This document shows, piece after piece, positions 11,816-24,860 of a stretch of 64,000 nucleotides of DNA. This DNA comes from Narcine bancroftii (Eukaryota), in assembly GCF_036971445.1 (NCBI RefSeq), contig NC_091469.1, positions 294,810,001-294,874,000 on the forward strand, in the 5' to 3' direction. Positions within the stretch are counted from its first letter, which is position 1; each line of letters starts with the position of its first letter. Under the pieces are notes generated by a model. The model was given only the letters and a program-made list of their open reading frames with translations, had not been told where the DNA came from and ran no database searches. Both the position numbers and the translations under genes were made by a program.

Positions 11816-14282
11816 ATCTATGATCTTGATAGATCTCAATGTTCTTGAGCTGAGTCCTAAATGACTCACTTCTATATACCAAACCTTGTGGACTGAAGTC
11901 GCCATCCTTTCATCCTTTCTGGTACCTTTATACCCATCCATTCAGTTTACCATTGTGTTCATTGATATGTTAATGTGCCTTGCAATCCAGCAAAGCACAT
12001 CCGGAGTCTCACTACAAATATGTCATCATATGGGTCCCAGTTTGATTCTGATGAGTCAGCTTCGGCTCATCGTCAGTGTCCCACAGTAAATCATCCTCCA
12101 TATCATCCATTGCAGTAGAGATACTGCACTTTGAAAGATTTTATTACGGACTCGACTTTCACTTTATCCCGTGCATTGAGCAGAAAGTCACACAGCACAT
12201 CAAGTGATGAAGCGCGCAGAGCCCCACTTTTTTAAACGGGTGAAGACGGAAGCTAACAACAGACTGAACCGTGAATTGCTTTGTGACGGTGCTTCACCCA
12301 CCTACCGGCCACACCCTCCAGCTCAGTCAACACACATACAGTACCAACCAGTATGTTTGGTTGGCTGGGGGGAGGGTCGATTTATCCCACCGATATGAAC
12401 TAAAACCATGAAATTCAGACTGAAATTGGGGTCTTGTTCTATCTGAAGGTTGCTTTATCCACCGAAATATAAGATACATGTTTTGTGTTTCATTGACGTG
12501 CCAGTAGAATGATTCAATGGGAGATATGATTGTGGATGAGTTCTCTGTTGCACCATTTTTCATCGTCTTGACAAGTGAAACTTCCATTGCCAATTGACAG
12601 GGACAACCAAAATAACTGTGGGATTGTTAACAGATTCCCAGCTCTGGGAAAGGTTTGGCAAAATTAATCCAAAAAACATTTAGATGTGAATTCATGTTGC
12701 AGACAAACAAAAAGTTTTACATGCCAAGACATACATTTTGGAAAAGCGTTTACAGTTTAGCGGTTTGATTATTCAGTTGTATGTTACTTTGAAATTATGA
12801 TCAAAATATTGGTAAAGCTTACATATTGAGAGTCATTTGATGAAAAAGTTATTGAATTTGAAAAGTTACTGAGCTAATTCCATTCCAAATGATTCATTTT
12901 AGTTGTATCCACTTGCAATGTCATTGGAGGGGAGCTAGCTGAAGTGTGTGGAGTTTTCCAGGATCTGCACATGTTCTCAGCGCCTGTCCATCTGGGCCAA
13001 TGGCTTTAAGGGGGTTCAATCTGTGGAAGGTCAACATGACTTTAGCGCAATGACCATGGGTGTATTGCCACATGAAGCAGTTGAGGTGGATGTCTGTAAC
13101 TCACTGGCTCCCTATTTGTAACGAGTGTAGAATGCATTAACCTTATCTGGGAATGTTGCGCCATTGTATGCTCTGCTGTCCGGCTTTGCCGTGAACTCTG
13201 TGATAGTATGAATGCTCTGCCATCATCGCCAGGTCTCCGTGATGTTCTCATGGGACTTGAGCCGAGTGCACTACTGCCTCTTGGCTTTCATGGTCTTCCG
13301 AAGATTGTGCTTGGATTTCTTGTCATCTTTAGGTTCGGGATCAGCAGGTGTAGAAGTCAGGGTAGAGGCAGCTAAAGGAAGTGACATCTTCTGGCACCGT
13401 TCATCTTTATGTCATTTGCAAACCACCACACAGGTGCCTGGACCTTCCAAAAACACTCAAGGAGCTCTACTCCATCTGGAACAGAGCAATTGCCTTCTCC
13501 CACTGCCTTTGCAGAGGGTGTCAATGGGTGTTGCTGAGGCCAGACGTCTCTCCATATCCTGCACTTGGTTGAATGCCTGCTCATTATCTTCCCTGTTCAC
13601 TTCAGTTCCATGGCTCTTGGTGATGGCTGTTGCCACTGGAGTGAACTAAACAAACTGGCTCTAGATCAAGGTGGTTTCAGCTGGTCCTGAGCTGATAAGC
13701 TACTCATTGCTGCAGTGAGTGTACACTAGGGATTGATATCAATCTAATCAGCAGACAGCAGAGATTGGATATACTGGATCAAATAGGCATACAGCACAAT
13801 CTCTATATTTATTTGCTGTGACGATCCAAATGACCATATCATGTAGGATGACCCTGGAATTTCCACCTAAAATGCAGGTTTTGAGCAATGCCCTTTGTAT
13901 TCAGATGACATCCCAAATCTGGCAAATACCGCTGACCAGTGGATGCTGTTAAAAACAAATCACAATATTGTAATACCCAATTACCCTGTTAAGGTTTTAA
14001 TTTTATGAGCATATTTTAAAACAAATTGCCGTCGGCTCCTGTATCAAGCCGTTTAAGGTCTGTGCAGAGCTGACAGCAGTTGGACTGGGCGGATAGACCC
14101 CACAGGGGAGTGCTGGGACTTAGTTAATAAACCGACAGGGTGCGCATAAAATTGGATCAGAGCCGGCAGGAAGATGGCAGTGTACAAGATGATCCTGATT
14201 TTAAAGTGATAGTTTTAACTTTTAATGATTGTTCTGTATGCCAGCATGTATGGTGCTCCCCCTTAAGGGCCACTGTATATCC

Positions 14283-14865
14283 ACCACCTACGGCTCCTAG
14301 AACGCTTCCACCAGCGTTGTCTCCGCTCCATCCTCAACATCCATTGGAGCGCTCACACCCCTAACGTCGAGGTACTCGAGATGGCAGAGGTCGACAGCAT
14401 CGAGTCCACGCTGCTGAAGATCCAGCTGCGCTGGATGGGTCACGTCTCCAGAATGGAGGACCATCGCCTTCCCAAGATCGTATTATATGGCGAGCTCTCC
14501 ACTGGCCACCGTGACAGAGGTGCACCAAAGAAAAGGTACAAGGACTGCCTAAAGAAATCTCTTGGTGCCTGCCACATTGACCACCGCCAGTGGGCTGATA
14601 ACGCCTCAAACCGTGCATCTTGGCGCCTAACAGTTTGGCGGGCAGCAGCCTCCTTTGAAGAAGACCGCAGAGCCCACCTCACTGAAAAAAGGCAAAGGAG
14701 GAAAAACCCAACACCCAACCCCAACCAACCAATTTTCCCTTGCAACCGCTGCAATCGTGTCTGCCTGTCCCGCATCGGACTGGTCAGCCACAAACGAGCC
14801 TGCAGCTGACGTGGACTTTTTTACCCCCTCCATAAATCTTCGTCCGCGAAGCCAAGCCAAAGAAG
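14283..14865 (+). mobile_element. RTE-clade LINE, 5'-truncated young copy
   Basis: Uninterrupted C-terminal ORF (LRWMGHVSRMEDHRLPKIVLYGEL...CNRCNRVCLSRIGLVSHKRAC); 3' end AAGCCAAGCCAAAGAAGA; candidate TSD ATATCCA at 14277-14283 and 14866-14872. Confidence 0.92.
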
Positions 14866-15204
14866 ATATCCATCATTGGGGTGATTGGTTGGGCCTGCAC
14901 TGAACTTAAAACATGGATACTTGGTAAGGATCTGTTATTGAAAAATCTTTATATTTTTCAAAGTCTTTAAGGAAAGTAAGTTCTTGAATTCATCTAGCAC
15001 CACATCAGAAAGTCCCTTGAGTTGTTTAAGGTGCAAAAATACCTTTGAAGTGTAGTCACTGTGATAATGCAAGAATTAGGGGGCTCTTTGCACAAGAAGC
15101 TCCCCCACAAGTGACAAAGTGATAATCAATAGATAATCTGCTGTGGCAATGTTGAGAATTAAATGCAACATGGGAAACCCCCTGCTGTGCGATACCACTG
15201 ACAC

Positions 15205-16330
15205 TGGCGCATGTGGCAAAGGATCAAGACCACAACAGATCCCAAGTCAACCTTGGGGGTCAAAGACACCTTCCTTCCAGACAGACTGAACATCTATGAA
15301 TAGCCACACTGAGGTGAATAGACTCCAATCCAAGGTGAGCCCTCACAAGGCAGTTGGACCAGACAAACACATCTGGTCAGGTACTTAAGGACTGCGCAGA
15401 CCAACTGATGGAGGTTCTCACATCACTGCACCAGTACATCGTCCTTATAGGTTTCAAGGCAGCCACCATCATCCCAGTACCAAAGAGAGCGACGGTAACT
15501 GACCTCAATGACTATCACCCTGTGGCAGTAACCTCCACCATTAGGAAATGCTTTGAGTGTCTTGTGATGGAACAAATCACAGTGCGCCTCCCGGAGACAC
15601 TGGATCCATTTCAAATCACCTATAAAAGGAATCATTTCACTGATGATGCTGTAGCCTTGTCTCTTCGCTCTGCCCTGACCCACCTGGAGAACGACGCCTC
15701 ATATTCTAAGCTGCTGTTCATCAATTTCAGCTCAGCATTTAATACAATCATTCCCCAATGGCTGGAGGAGAAGCTGTCCTCACTGAGACTCAACACCCCT
15801 CTCCATAAGTGGATTCTGGACATCCTAACAGAAACACCACAATCTGTCTCGGTCAATAGCAGAATGTTGAGCACTGTCATGCTGAACACTGACGCACGTC
15901 AGGTATGTGTACTTAGCCCACCCCTGTTGGCGCTACTGACCCACGACTGCAATGCCAGATCCAGCTCCAACAGAGTCATCAAGTTTGTAGATGACGCAAC
16001 AGTATGATGAGTCTCAATGTGAATAAGACAAAGGAGATGATTGTGGACTTCAGGAGGAGTAGGGATGACCACCCTCCACTGCACATCAATAACTCTGTAG
16101 TGAAGAGATAAATTGCTTGGAGTCCACTTAAGTAGTAACCTATCCTAGATACACAACTTCTCACTTGACAAGAAGATGTTAACAGCAACTGCACATCCTG
16201 AGAACACTGAAGCGGGCAAGGCTACCAGCCACCACCCTGTCAACTTTCTACAGGAGCTCTATCAAGAGCATCACAGTGGCTGGCTGCATCACCATGTGGT
16301 ATGTTTGCTGAAGAGCATTGGATTGGAGGT
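15205..16330 (+). mobile_element. Rex/Babar-type (L2/CR1 group) LINE RT fragment
   Basis: ORF 15354-16007: IIPVPK..LNDYHPVAVTS..KCFECLV..LFINFSSAFNTI..QVCVLSP..IKFVDDATV; truncated by a MITE at ~16331. Confidence 0.85.
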
Positions 16331-16657
16331 CCCTATATCCTAAGTGCTCTGTGATTAGTAAGGGATTACCTAAGGTGGTATGGGGGTGGAAAGAAAAAAG
16401 TTTGAAAACCACTCTTTTAATCGTACCTCATTGACTCATTATGTGCACGGTTTCATAACTCCAAAAGAAATGGGCCAATGACAATTTTTCTCATGCAGAA
16501 TATTTCAGCAACAATTGAGTCTAGAGCAGTGATTCTCAACCTTCCCTTCCCACTCCCATACCACCTTAAGCAATCCCTTACTCATCAGGAACCACCAATG
16601 GCATAGGGATTACATAAAGTGGTATGTGAGTGGAAAGATAAAGGTTGAGAACCACTG
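16331..16657. mobile_element. hAT MITE, composite form, opposite orientation, left end missing
   Basis: Reverse complement of 2678-3010 including the internal spacer; ends GGTTGAGAACCACTG. Confidence 0.82.
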
Positions 16658-17182
16658 GATTAAAGAAATAATCAAAGCTGATAAACTGGTTAATCAATGC
16701 TTTTACTTTAAAATTCACAACTGTTATCAGCTCCTTTCATTGTCTTGCCACTCACTACATCTATAATCTCCTTCTTCACACTAGCAGATAGAATTTTTAT
16801 GTGGATGTGAACCTCACTGGCTATGCCAACATTGACTGTCCGTCCCCAAATGCGTCTGGGGTGGTGGTAAACCACTTTCATGAATCATATTGTTAGGCAA
16901 TGAGTACCATGGTTGGATCCAATCATGATCAATGAATGCTTTCAGGGAAGTGTGCGATTTGGAGGGGAACCAGCACAGTTGTGATTCAGTGCACCTGAAG
17001 CCTTTGTTCTTGGGGAAGAAGTCACAGATTACCAAGGTACCGGAGGATCCTGGCCAAGTAATTTCAGTGCATTTTACAGACTGTACACAACGAGAAAGAT
17101 GTACACCATAAGTAAATGGCATGCTTTGTCCCAAATGAAGACCAGGAGGTGGAGCCATCTTGGCAATCCATCATGTTATGCA

Positions 17183-17425
17183 TGGCTTGCGCAACAATGT
17201 TACAGCTCCAGCGACCAGGGTTCAAATCTGGCGCTGTCTGCAAGGAGTTTGTAAATTATCCCTGTGTCTGCATGGGTTTCCTCCGGATGCTCTGGTTTTC
17301 TCCCACCCTTCAAAACACACTGGGGTTTTTGGTCCATTGGGCATAATTGGGCAGCACAGGCTTGTAAGCCAAAAGGGCCTGTTTCCACGCTGTATAAATA
17401 TCTAAACTTAAAATTTAAATTTAAA
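17183..17425 (+). mobile_element. tRNA-derived SINE, same family
   Basis: GGGTTCAAATC, core GGAGTTTGTA..GGGTTTCCTCCGGATGCTCTGGTTT, AAATTT tail. Other copies at ~3990-4152(-), 7350-7610, 18540-18740, 35095-35284 plus 35839-35870(-), 59862-60120. Confidence 0.82.
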
Positions 17426-18208
17426 AATTGTAAATTTATGTTACTGAATTGTGCCTTGTAAATGGTGAAAACATTCTGGGCAGCAGAATTCAGTCACTTA
17501 GATCAAGATGCTCTTGAAGCATCCTATTTTATTCTTTCTGGGTTCAGTCTCACTGTGCCTCCTTTTACCACATTTTACCATTATGTCAAGGGTAGTCGAT
17601 CTCTCACCTCTGGAATTGACCTCTTTGATCCTTCTGGAGTCAACTGATTTTGGCCATAATTAGCTCAGTTGGATTTGTCCCATTTTCTTGTGAGCAGTAT
17701 GTAGTAAACTGTCTCTAGACAACTTAACCAGATGCATGCCCAGTTTTGGAATGCAAGTCATCAATATTGTTTGGTCCAATATCCAAACTGCATTCTCTCA
17801 TAAGATAATTCCTTCGTTTCATTCATTTATTTGGCATGGAGGAGCACTGATTCATTGGCTAACAACATGAACAACCCTTCATACAGAATGGTAATAATCC
17901 TCAATTCAGACTATTTACTTTGTGATACTAAAATCTTATCCTTTGTATAAATGAACCATGATTAATTAATAGGTGATGATTGTGATGGCTTTTTTTGGGC
18001 CATGTTTGCTCTTATGCCATGAGATTTATTAGGTCCCAGAGTTGTGCTTGAGTTCTCCCAAGGTTACTCTCTCACCCACATCCCGCTTTAGTAGATCTGT
18101 GCTGACAGTGTAACTAAATGATGCCCAGGGAATGTACTGGTGGAGTTTCAGCACACCGTTGATAAATTTTGATTCTGTGAGCATAATAGTATCAGCTGTT
18201 TGCTGGTA

Positions 18209-18505
18209 GAGGTCGAGTACCCCTTATCCGAAGTTCTGAAATCCGAAAAGCTCCAAAATTCATGACATTTTGAGCGCCAACACGACGCCACACGACCCAC
18301 CATCGTCATTGCCAGACCTACATGCATTACTCACTGTGTTTATTGCCATCCAGCAGAATTTCTAGTATTTGGTGCTGCATTTATCATCTTTTGTAAGCAG
18401 AGATCAAGTTCTTTTTTGGTAAACCCATTATTCCAAAATCCGAATAAATCCAAAATCTGAAACTCTTCTGGTCCCATGCATTTCAGATACAGGGTACTTG
18501 ACCTG
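18209..18505. mobile_element. Tigger/pogo-type non-autonomous DNA transposon (Tigger4/Zombi-like)
   Basis: TA|GAGGTCGAGTACCCCTTATCCGAA ... TTCAGATACAGGGTACTTGACCTG|TA: TIRs with TA duplication and internal AATCCGAA repeats. Confidence 0.8.
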
Positions 18506-19149
18506 TATGGTCTTTGGTGGTACGATTTTCATAATGGATAGTGGAACACTATTACAGCACCTGCAATCCGTGTTCAAACCGGGCGCGGTCTTTAAAGGAG
18601 TTTATACATTCTCTCCATTTGTCTGCGTGGGTTTCTTCTGGGTGCTGCAGTTCCCTCGCACCCTTCTGAAATGTACGGGGTTTGGTTTCTTTAGGTGGCA
18701 TGGGCTTGTGGGCCGGAAGGGCCTGTTCCCATCCTGAATGTCTACATTTGCAGAAGCTTGAGAGGAGGACAATGCAAGGTCGATTGGGCTGGGATCACGT
18801 TTGCCACGTTCAGTGCCTGACTCAGTGCTGGCTGCCTGTGTCCTTTTGATAGTCTGGTGATAATTAAAAAGCAGAGTCAACTACTGAAATGAATTGAGAG
18901 AGGCACTGAGGTCTGAGTAGCGACGCACGATGATTTCCTCCTCTACGGGGCAGTGGCAGAACTGGTGGACGTGACTACCTGGCATTTATGGTCATCGATT
19001 CTATGATGAGTCCTTCCATGATGAGATTTTTAACCGAATTTAATTTTCATACCTATCATGATGGGATGTGAATAAACCTCTCGAGATTGTTTTTCCACAT
19101 CACCTTTCTTCCAATTTTGGCTTCTAAAATTTAATCACTCCACTGTTAT

Positions 19150-19340
19150 CAATCCTCATGTCATCTGACAAGGTTCCAAGCACTGGAATTGCATCCCTAA
19201 ACCTCTCTGGCTGTACCTTTTAAGATGTTCCCTGAAACCGACCTCTTCGACCGAGTTTTTGAGCATCACATTTCTGTGACCGTGTCAAATTGTATCTGGT
19301 AGCTTCTGAGAAAAGCTGTGCAACAGTTTGCAACATTGAG
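19150..19340 (+). mobile_element. L2-type 3' tail remnant
   Basis: ctggaattgcatccctaaacctctc..tttaagatgttccctgaaaccgacctcttcgaccgagtttt (WNSLP..FK..LKT.LF pattern). Confidence 0.55.
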
Positions 19341-19484
19341 GTGTTGACTTGGAGGAAGGTTCTGTTTGGAAATATTCTCGTTGCTAGGATGGATGTCAGT
19401 CACTGGCTTTCACTGGATAAACTGTCAACATTTTCTAGTTACCTTGCTATTTGTTAACCTATTTTACCTCCTTTTTTAATGCAG

Positions 19485-19563
19485 GGCTATTTTTTGCTGT
19501 TCGAATCCATGCTGGACTCAGTCTTATATGCACGGGACACGTATTTGATGGAAGATGGTGCAG
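19485..19563 (+). CDS. PRMT3: PRMT3-like arginine methyltransferase, internal coding exon A (79 nt, phase 0 to 1)
   Basis: Pyrimidine tract and ...aatgcAG|GGC acceptor; reads GYFLLFESMLDSVLYARDTYLMEDGA+G; donor CAG|GTGAGT. GYFLLFESMLDSVLYA is the second half of the type I PRMT double-E loop, as in vertebrate PRMT3. Too short for the ORF track. Confidence 0.93.
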
Positions 19564-19599
19564 GTGAGTGCTTGGGAGAGGAATAAAAAAAACATTACA

Positions 19600-21148
19600 C
19601 AAGGAAAATATATCATGGAACATGTAGAGATTAAAGAGGAGGAGGTGGTTGCTGCCTTACAGTGAATAAAGGTAGATAAATACTCTGGGCCTGACATGAT
19701 ATTCCCTCAGACCTTAAGGGAGACTAGTGTAGAAGTTGTAGGGGCCCTGGCAGAAATATTTAAAATGTCGCTCACCACAGGTGAGGTGCCACAGATTGAA
19801 GGGCAGCTCATGTTGTTCTGTTTAAAAAAAAATATAAGAAAGGCTCCAAAAGTAAACCAGGAAATTTCAGGTTGTTGAGCCAGAGATCAGTAGTAGGTAA
19901 ATTATTGGAGGGTGTTTTAAGAGATTGGATTTACAAGTATTAGGACAGTCAAGGGCTGATTGGGCTTTGTGTTTAACGAATCTTATAGAGTTTTTCAAAG
20001 AGATTACCAGGAAAGTTGACGAAGGAAAGGCTGTGAATATTGTCTCCATGGACTTCAGTAAGGCCTTTGACAAGGTCTCACAAAGGAGGTTAGTTCAGAA
20101 GGTTCAGACACCAGGTATCCATAGAGAGGTTGCAAACTGGATTCTATTTGGCTGAATGAGAGAAGACTGAGATGGTAGTGGGTGATTGCTTATCAGACTG
20201 GAGGCCTGTGATTAGTGGTGTGCCTCGAGAATCAGTGCTGAGTCCATTGTTGTTTGTTGTCTGTATCAATGATCTGGATGATAATGTCATAAACTGCTTC
20301 AGCAAATTTGCTGATTAGAAGCATTGTAGACAGCAAGGAATGCTTTCAAAGCTTGCAGAAGGATCTGGACCAGCTGGAAAAATGGGCCAGAAAATGACAG
20401 ATGGAATTTAATGCAGACAGCTGTAAGGTGTTTAATTTTGGAAGGATAAACCAAGGTAGGACGTGGAGGAACAAAGGGATCTGGGAATACAGATATATAA
20501 TTCCCTGAAAGCAGTGTCACAGGTAGACAGGGTTGTAAAGAAAGCTTTTGGCATCTTGGCTTTCATAAATCAAAATATTGAGCATAGGAGTTGGGATGTT
20601 ATGGTGAGATTGTATAAGACATCAGTGAGGGCAAATTTGGAGTATTGTGTACAGTTCTGGTTGCCGAACTACAAGAAGGATATCAGTAAGTTTGAAAGAG
20701 TGCAAAGATGATTTATTAGGATGTGGCTCGGTCTTCAGGAGTTGAGTTACAGGAAAAAATTAAACAGGTTAGGACTTTATTCCTTGGAGCATAGAAGAAT
20801 AAGAGGAGATTTGATATAGGGTTACAAAATAATGAGGGGTTTAGACAGAGTAAATTATAGAAGGCTCTTTCCGATTAGATTATGAGAGATAAATACAAGA
20901 GGACATGGCTTTAGGGTGAAGGGGGAAAGGTTTAGGGGAAACATTAGGGGGAATTCTTCACTCAGAAAGTGGTGGGAGTGTGGTACAGGCTGCCATCTGA
21001 TGTGGTGAATGTGGGCTCAAGAATAAATTGGATAGATGCATGGATGCAAGAGGTCTGGAGGGTTATGGAATGGCTACAGGTCAATGGGACTAGAAGGGCT
21101 GAATGGCCTGTTTTCTGTGCTGTAGTTTCTCTGGTTCTAAGGTTCTAA
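19600..21148 (+). mobile_element. CR1-clade LINE, 5'-truncated, degraded
   Basis: CLTNLIEFF..VDEGKAVNIVSMDFSKAFDKV and LEYCVQFW..YKKDISKFERVQR motifs; 3' end GGCCTGTTTTCTGTGCTGTAG plus a short repeat tail. Confidence 0.9.
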
Positions 21149-21633
21149 AAGTCTCGAAAGCCATATATGTGTGCTCTTCTGGTAATGTGACATGCACTGC
21201 TGAGCCATTTTCCACTAGAAATGAAATACACCCCCATTAACACCAGCTTGCAGGCATTCATTTACTTTATTGGCTTTCAAGAGGAGGCCATGTTGAGTGT
21301 CACTTTTGGAGATCTCATGGAATGCCTGCAATTTTTATTCTAAATGCTTACAAAAACTAATTAATAATAGTTGTCTTGTTAGTTTATACAATGGAAAAGG
21401 TTTTAGTGTTGACTTTTATCTTTCAAGGAATAAATAGCCTGCTTTGAGGATTATTAGCATGTCGTATAAAAGGTTGTTCATGTTGTTATGTAGTAAGGGA
21501 ATAATCCTTCTGACTATACATGAATACCAACTAATTATGACCTTAAATTCTCCACCAGTATTGATATAAGATTTAAAAAAGAAGACTTTCATTGATGATC
21601 ACAATATCATCATTAACAAGATCAAAGACCAGG

Positions 21634-21667
21634 GTGTGTGTGTGTGTGTGTGTGGGGGGGGGGGGGG
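21634..21667. repeat. (GT)n plus poly-G
   Basis: Seen directly. Confidence 0.95.
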
Positions 21668-22044
21668 TGGTGAGGAGGGGGAGGTGACGTGAGGGCACGG
21701 AATGTGAGGGAAAGTATCTTTGCTCTGAGACCATTTGTGACCTGGAATTTGCCTCCTAATGGAATGGTGCTTTCAAAAGGGAATTGTATGGATATTTGAG
21801 AGGGAACAACTTTCAAGGTTGTTGGGAAGAATTAAGGATGTTTTCTGATGGGATTGCTCAACATGAAGTTGTCAATTAACTCAATGGGCCAAATAGCCTC
21901 CTACACTGTAACATTTTGTATGCTTCTGAGCTTAATGGCACCGCTGTGAAGTGCAATCAATATTCGAGGATCTGCAATATCCATTCATGCATTTGGAATA
22001 AAGAACTGGTAACTTGTTCCAGTCATGTAAAAGGAGAGGTACAC

Positions 22045-23476
22045 AGATGACCCTCTCTCTGAGGCTGACATCAGAACATCATTCAAGGGGTAAACCCTTG
22101 CAAGGCAACTGGTCCTGATGGCATACCTGGCAGGGTATTGAAAATCTGCACCAAACAACTAGCCAGAATGTTCACAGACATTTTCAATCTCTCTCTGCTG
22201 CTGTCAGAGCTTCAAAAGGCTCTTCAAATCAGCCCTGTGCCCAAGAAGAACACAGTGACCATCATCATCCAGTCACACTAACATCCATGGTGATGAAATG
22301 CTTTGAGAGGATGGTTGTGGCCAGAATTAACACCTACCTAAGTAAAGGACTTCAATTCATACCATCATGATGTCTCCACAGCAGAAGCAATATCGCTGGT
22401 TTTGGATCACCTGGAGAACAGCAACTCATACACACGGCTGCTCTTCATGGACTATAGCTCAGCAATTATTCCCTCAGTGCTGTTTAACAACCTCCAAACA
22501 CTGGGCCTCTGCATCCCCCCCCCCCCAGCCCCCGCAACTGGATCCTTGACTTTCTCCTCAAAAGACCACAGTCAGTACGAATTGGAAACAACGTCACCTT
22601 CTCACTGACGATCAACAAAGGCGCACCTCAAGGATGCGTGCTAAGCCCACTGTACACCCACAACTGTGTGGCTTGGCACAATTCAAATTCTATCTGCTAA
22701 TTTACTGATGATACCATGGTTTTCGACAGAATATCAGATGGCAATGAAGAAGTGTACAGGAGGGAGATAGATCAGCTCGTTGAATGGTGTCACAAAAACA
22801 ACCTTGCGCTCTACATAAGCAAAACCAAGGAGATAACTGTGGACTTCAGGAGGAAATCAGAACACATCGAGGGCTCAGTAGTGGAGAGTGTCAAGAACTT
22901 CAAATTCCTGGGTGTCAACCTCTCTGAGGATCTGTCCTGAAGGCTCCATGTCGATGCAATCACGAAGAAGGTTCGCCAACGACTACATTTTGTGAGGAGT
23001 TTGATAAGATTCGGTATGTCACTGAAGAGTCTTGAAAATATATACAGGTGTACTGTGGAGAGCATTATAGCTGTCTGGTACGCAGGTGTCAACCAGGACA
23101 AGAAAAACTCCAGTGTTGTTAATTTAGCCTGTGACATCAGGGGCAAGAGTCTTGACTCCAACTATGAGAGGCGGTGTCTTAAAAATGGAGCATCTATCTT
23201 CAAGTACCCCACTGCCCAGGCCATGCCCTCTTCACTCTGCTACCATCAGGAAAAAGGTACAGGAGCCTGAAGACGAGCACAAGGACAGCTTCTTGCCCTC
23301 TGCCATCAGATTCCTGAATGATCAGTGAACCAAAGACACTAACTTACTTTATATTTTTTTTCCTTTTCTTGCTATTTTTATTTATTTTGTAATGGGGTTT
23401 ATAGAAATATTTGCAGTTTGATGTTGCCGCAAAACAATGAATTTTGTAGCATGTTCATAACAATAAATTCTGATTC
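22045..23476 (+). mobile_element. Rex/Babar-type LINE 3' half, degraded
   Basis: HLENSNSYTRLLFMDYSSA, YRREIDQLVEWC..NNL.L.ISKTKE, FKFLGV, YRCTVESI; 3' end caataaattctgattc. Confidence 0.85.
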
Positions 23477-23554
23477 ACATTAGCAACCCCATCAATCATA
23501 TTAAGTCAGCCCATCTTCAGAATAACGCTTTGGTGCCTCTGACACACACCTCGG

Positions 23555-23740
23555 TGAGGAAATGGAATCTTGGTTTAGTGTCTCACCTGTCAGGCTGCAT
23601 CTCCGGAAGTACCAGCCTCTGCGGGTTCCTCGCCTCGAATGACCAGCAGCCTCCTCTGCTGCATTGGAAAGACAGCCAAGGTTTCTGAGCCTAAGATTCT
23701 GGAGTGCAGTTTGCACATTCAGATCCAGTAGTCACCTCTG
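23555..23740 (-). mobile_element. Ancient Deu-domain SINE remnant (AmnSINE/SacSINE-like)
   Basis: ggtttagtgtctcacctg..catctccg..ctgcattggaaagacagcc..ctggagtg resembles the reverse strand of Deu-SINE heads; heavily diverged. Confidence 0.45.
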
Positions 23741-23999
23741 TGAGATGTGGCTGCTCGGAAGCATGTTAATGTATGCATTGCGGTTCAACTGACTTTTCAG
23801 TCTGTGTTTCTTGTTGATGATAGTGAAGACATTGAATGCTGAAATCTGTACTGTGATTCACACAACGAACGGCTTCAAAAAATGAAATCGTACTGAGGGC
23901 TTTTGCTTTTGCTTTCTCGGCAACAGATTAATCAGTAAGCTCCTCAATGTAACTGTAAAAACGCAATGCTGGAGAAAGAAATGCCACTGGTGTGGACCC

Positions 24000-24675
24000 A
24001 CGGAGAGCAAGAAGTGGAGATACAGTACTCCCATGGAGTCCAACAGCCCAGCTGCCTGCCGTCAGCTCCGCACAAGCGCCTCTGATCGGCAGCAGCCACG
24101 AGGGGTTGCAGGGGAGCGGAGGACTGGTGCAGGGCACCAGAAAACATGGACACCACCCCCCCCCCCACCCCCCCCCCCCCACCACCGTCTGAGAAGGAGA
24201 AGCAGAGGAGACAACCCACGGGACGGTGATCATGGCAGCGGACCAGAGAGGCGGGGACCCACACTCGCAGGAGGCTGCTGGTGACTCAAGGCGAGGAACC
24301 CACAGAGGCTGTGGGCTGCTGGAGACTGGTGTCGGGGGGACCGGCGCCAGGCTGCAAACTACTGGAGATTGGCTGAAGGGGTACCAGGTATCAGAACTGG
24401 GATGCGAGGGGGTACCGAAGGCGCTGAAGGATTCCTGATCGTGTTGGAGTTTCATATCTGGAGCTCGGGTTGCCAATAGTTTGAACTGGACTCTGTGTGG
24501 TTGTGGGTGCGCTGGAGGAGAATCATGGACACACAATGACTCTAAGGGGACTCTCTTCTGCTTTTCTTTCTCTTGACTGGAAGAGGTGCTTCAGACATTT
24601 CTACTTTAAAGCAGGCAAAAGCAATTCCGTGTAATATGACACTGTTTTATTACATGACAATAAATCAAATCTTGA
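24000..24675 (+). mobile_element. Second copy of the GC-rich non-coding retroposon family
   Basis: Shares GAGAAGGAGAAGCAGAGGAGA, AGGCGAGGAACC, GTACCAGGTATC and the tail ttttattacatgacaataaatcaaatcttga with 5227-6000. Confidence 0.7.
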
Positions 24676-24860
24676 AACTCAGCAGGCCTAACAGTATACT
24701 TTATGTAGCAAAGATAGATACATAACCAACATTTTGAACTTGAGCCTTTCATACCTTGATGAAGGGCTCAAGCCTGAAACGTCTTTGCTGCATGAAGTAG
24801 CCTGTTTGACCTGCAGAGTTTCTCTGGCATTGTATTTTTACTTCAATCTGGTGTCTGCAA
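24675..24860. repeat. Inverted pair of Penelope pseudo-LTR ends
   Basis: 24675-24752 is approximately the reverse complement of 24758-24820; further short pLTR pieces at ~48410-48585 and ~48895-48970. Confidence 0.7.

Noticed and set aside
13042-13649. ORFs up to 145 aa
   Set aside because: No recognisable motif; likely chance or decayed transposon sequence.
14381-14809. 142-aa protein with a C2H2-like tail as a host zinc-finger gene (also 35340-35768)
   Set aside because: C-terminus of the RTE ORF, present in multiple dispersed copies with retroposon tails.
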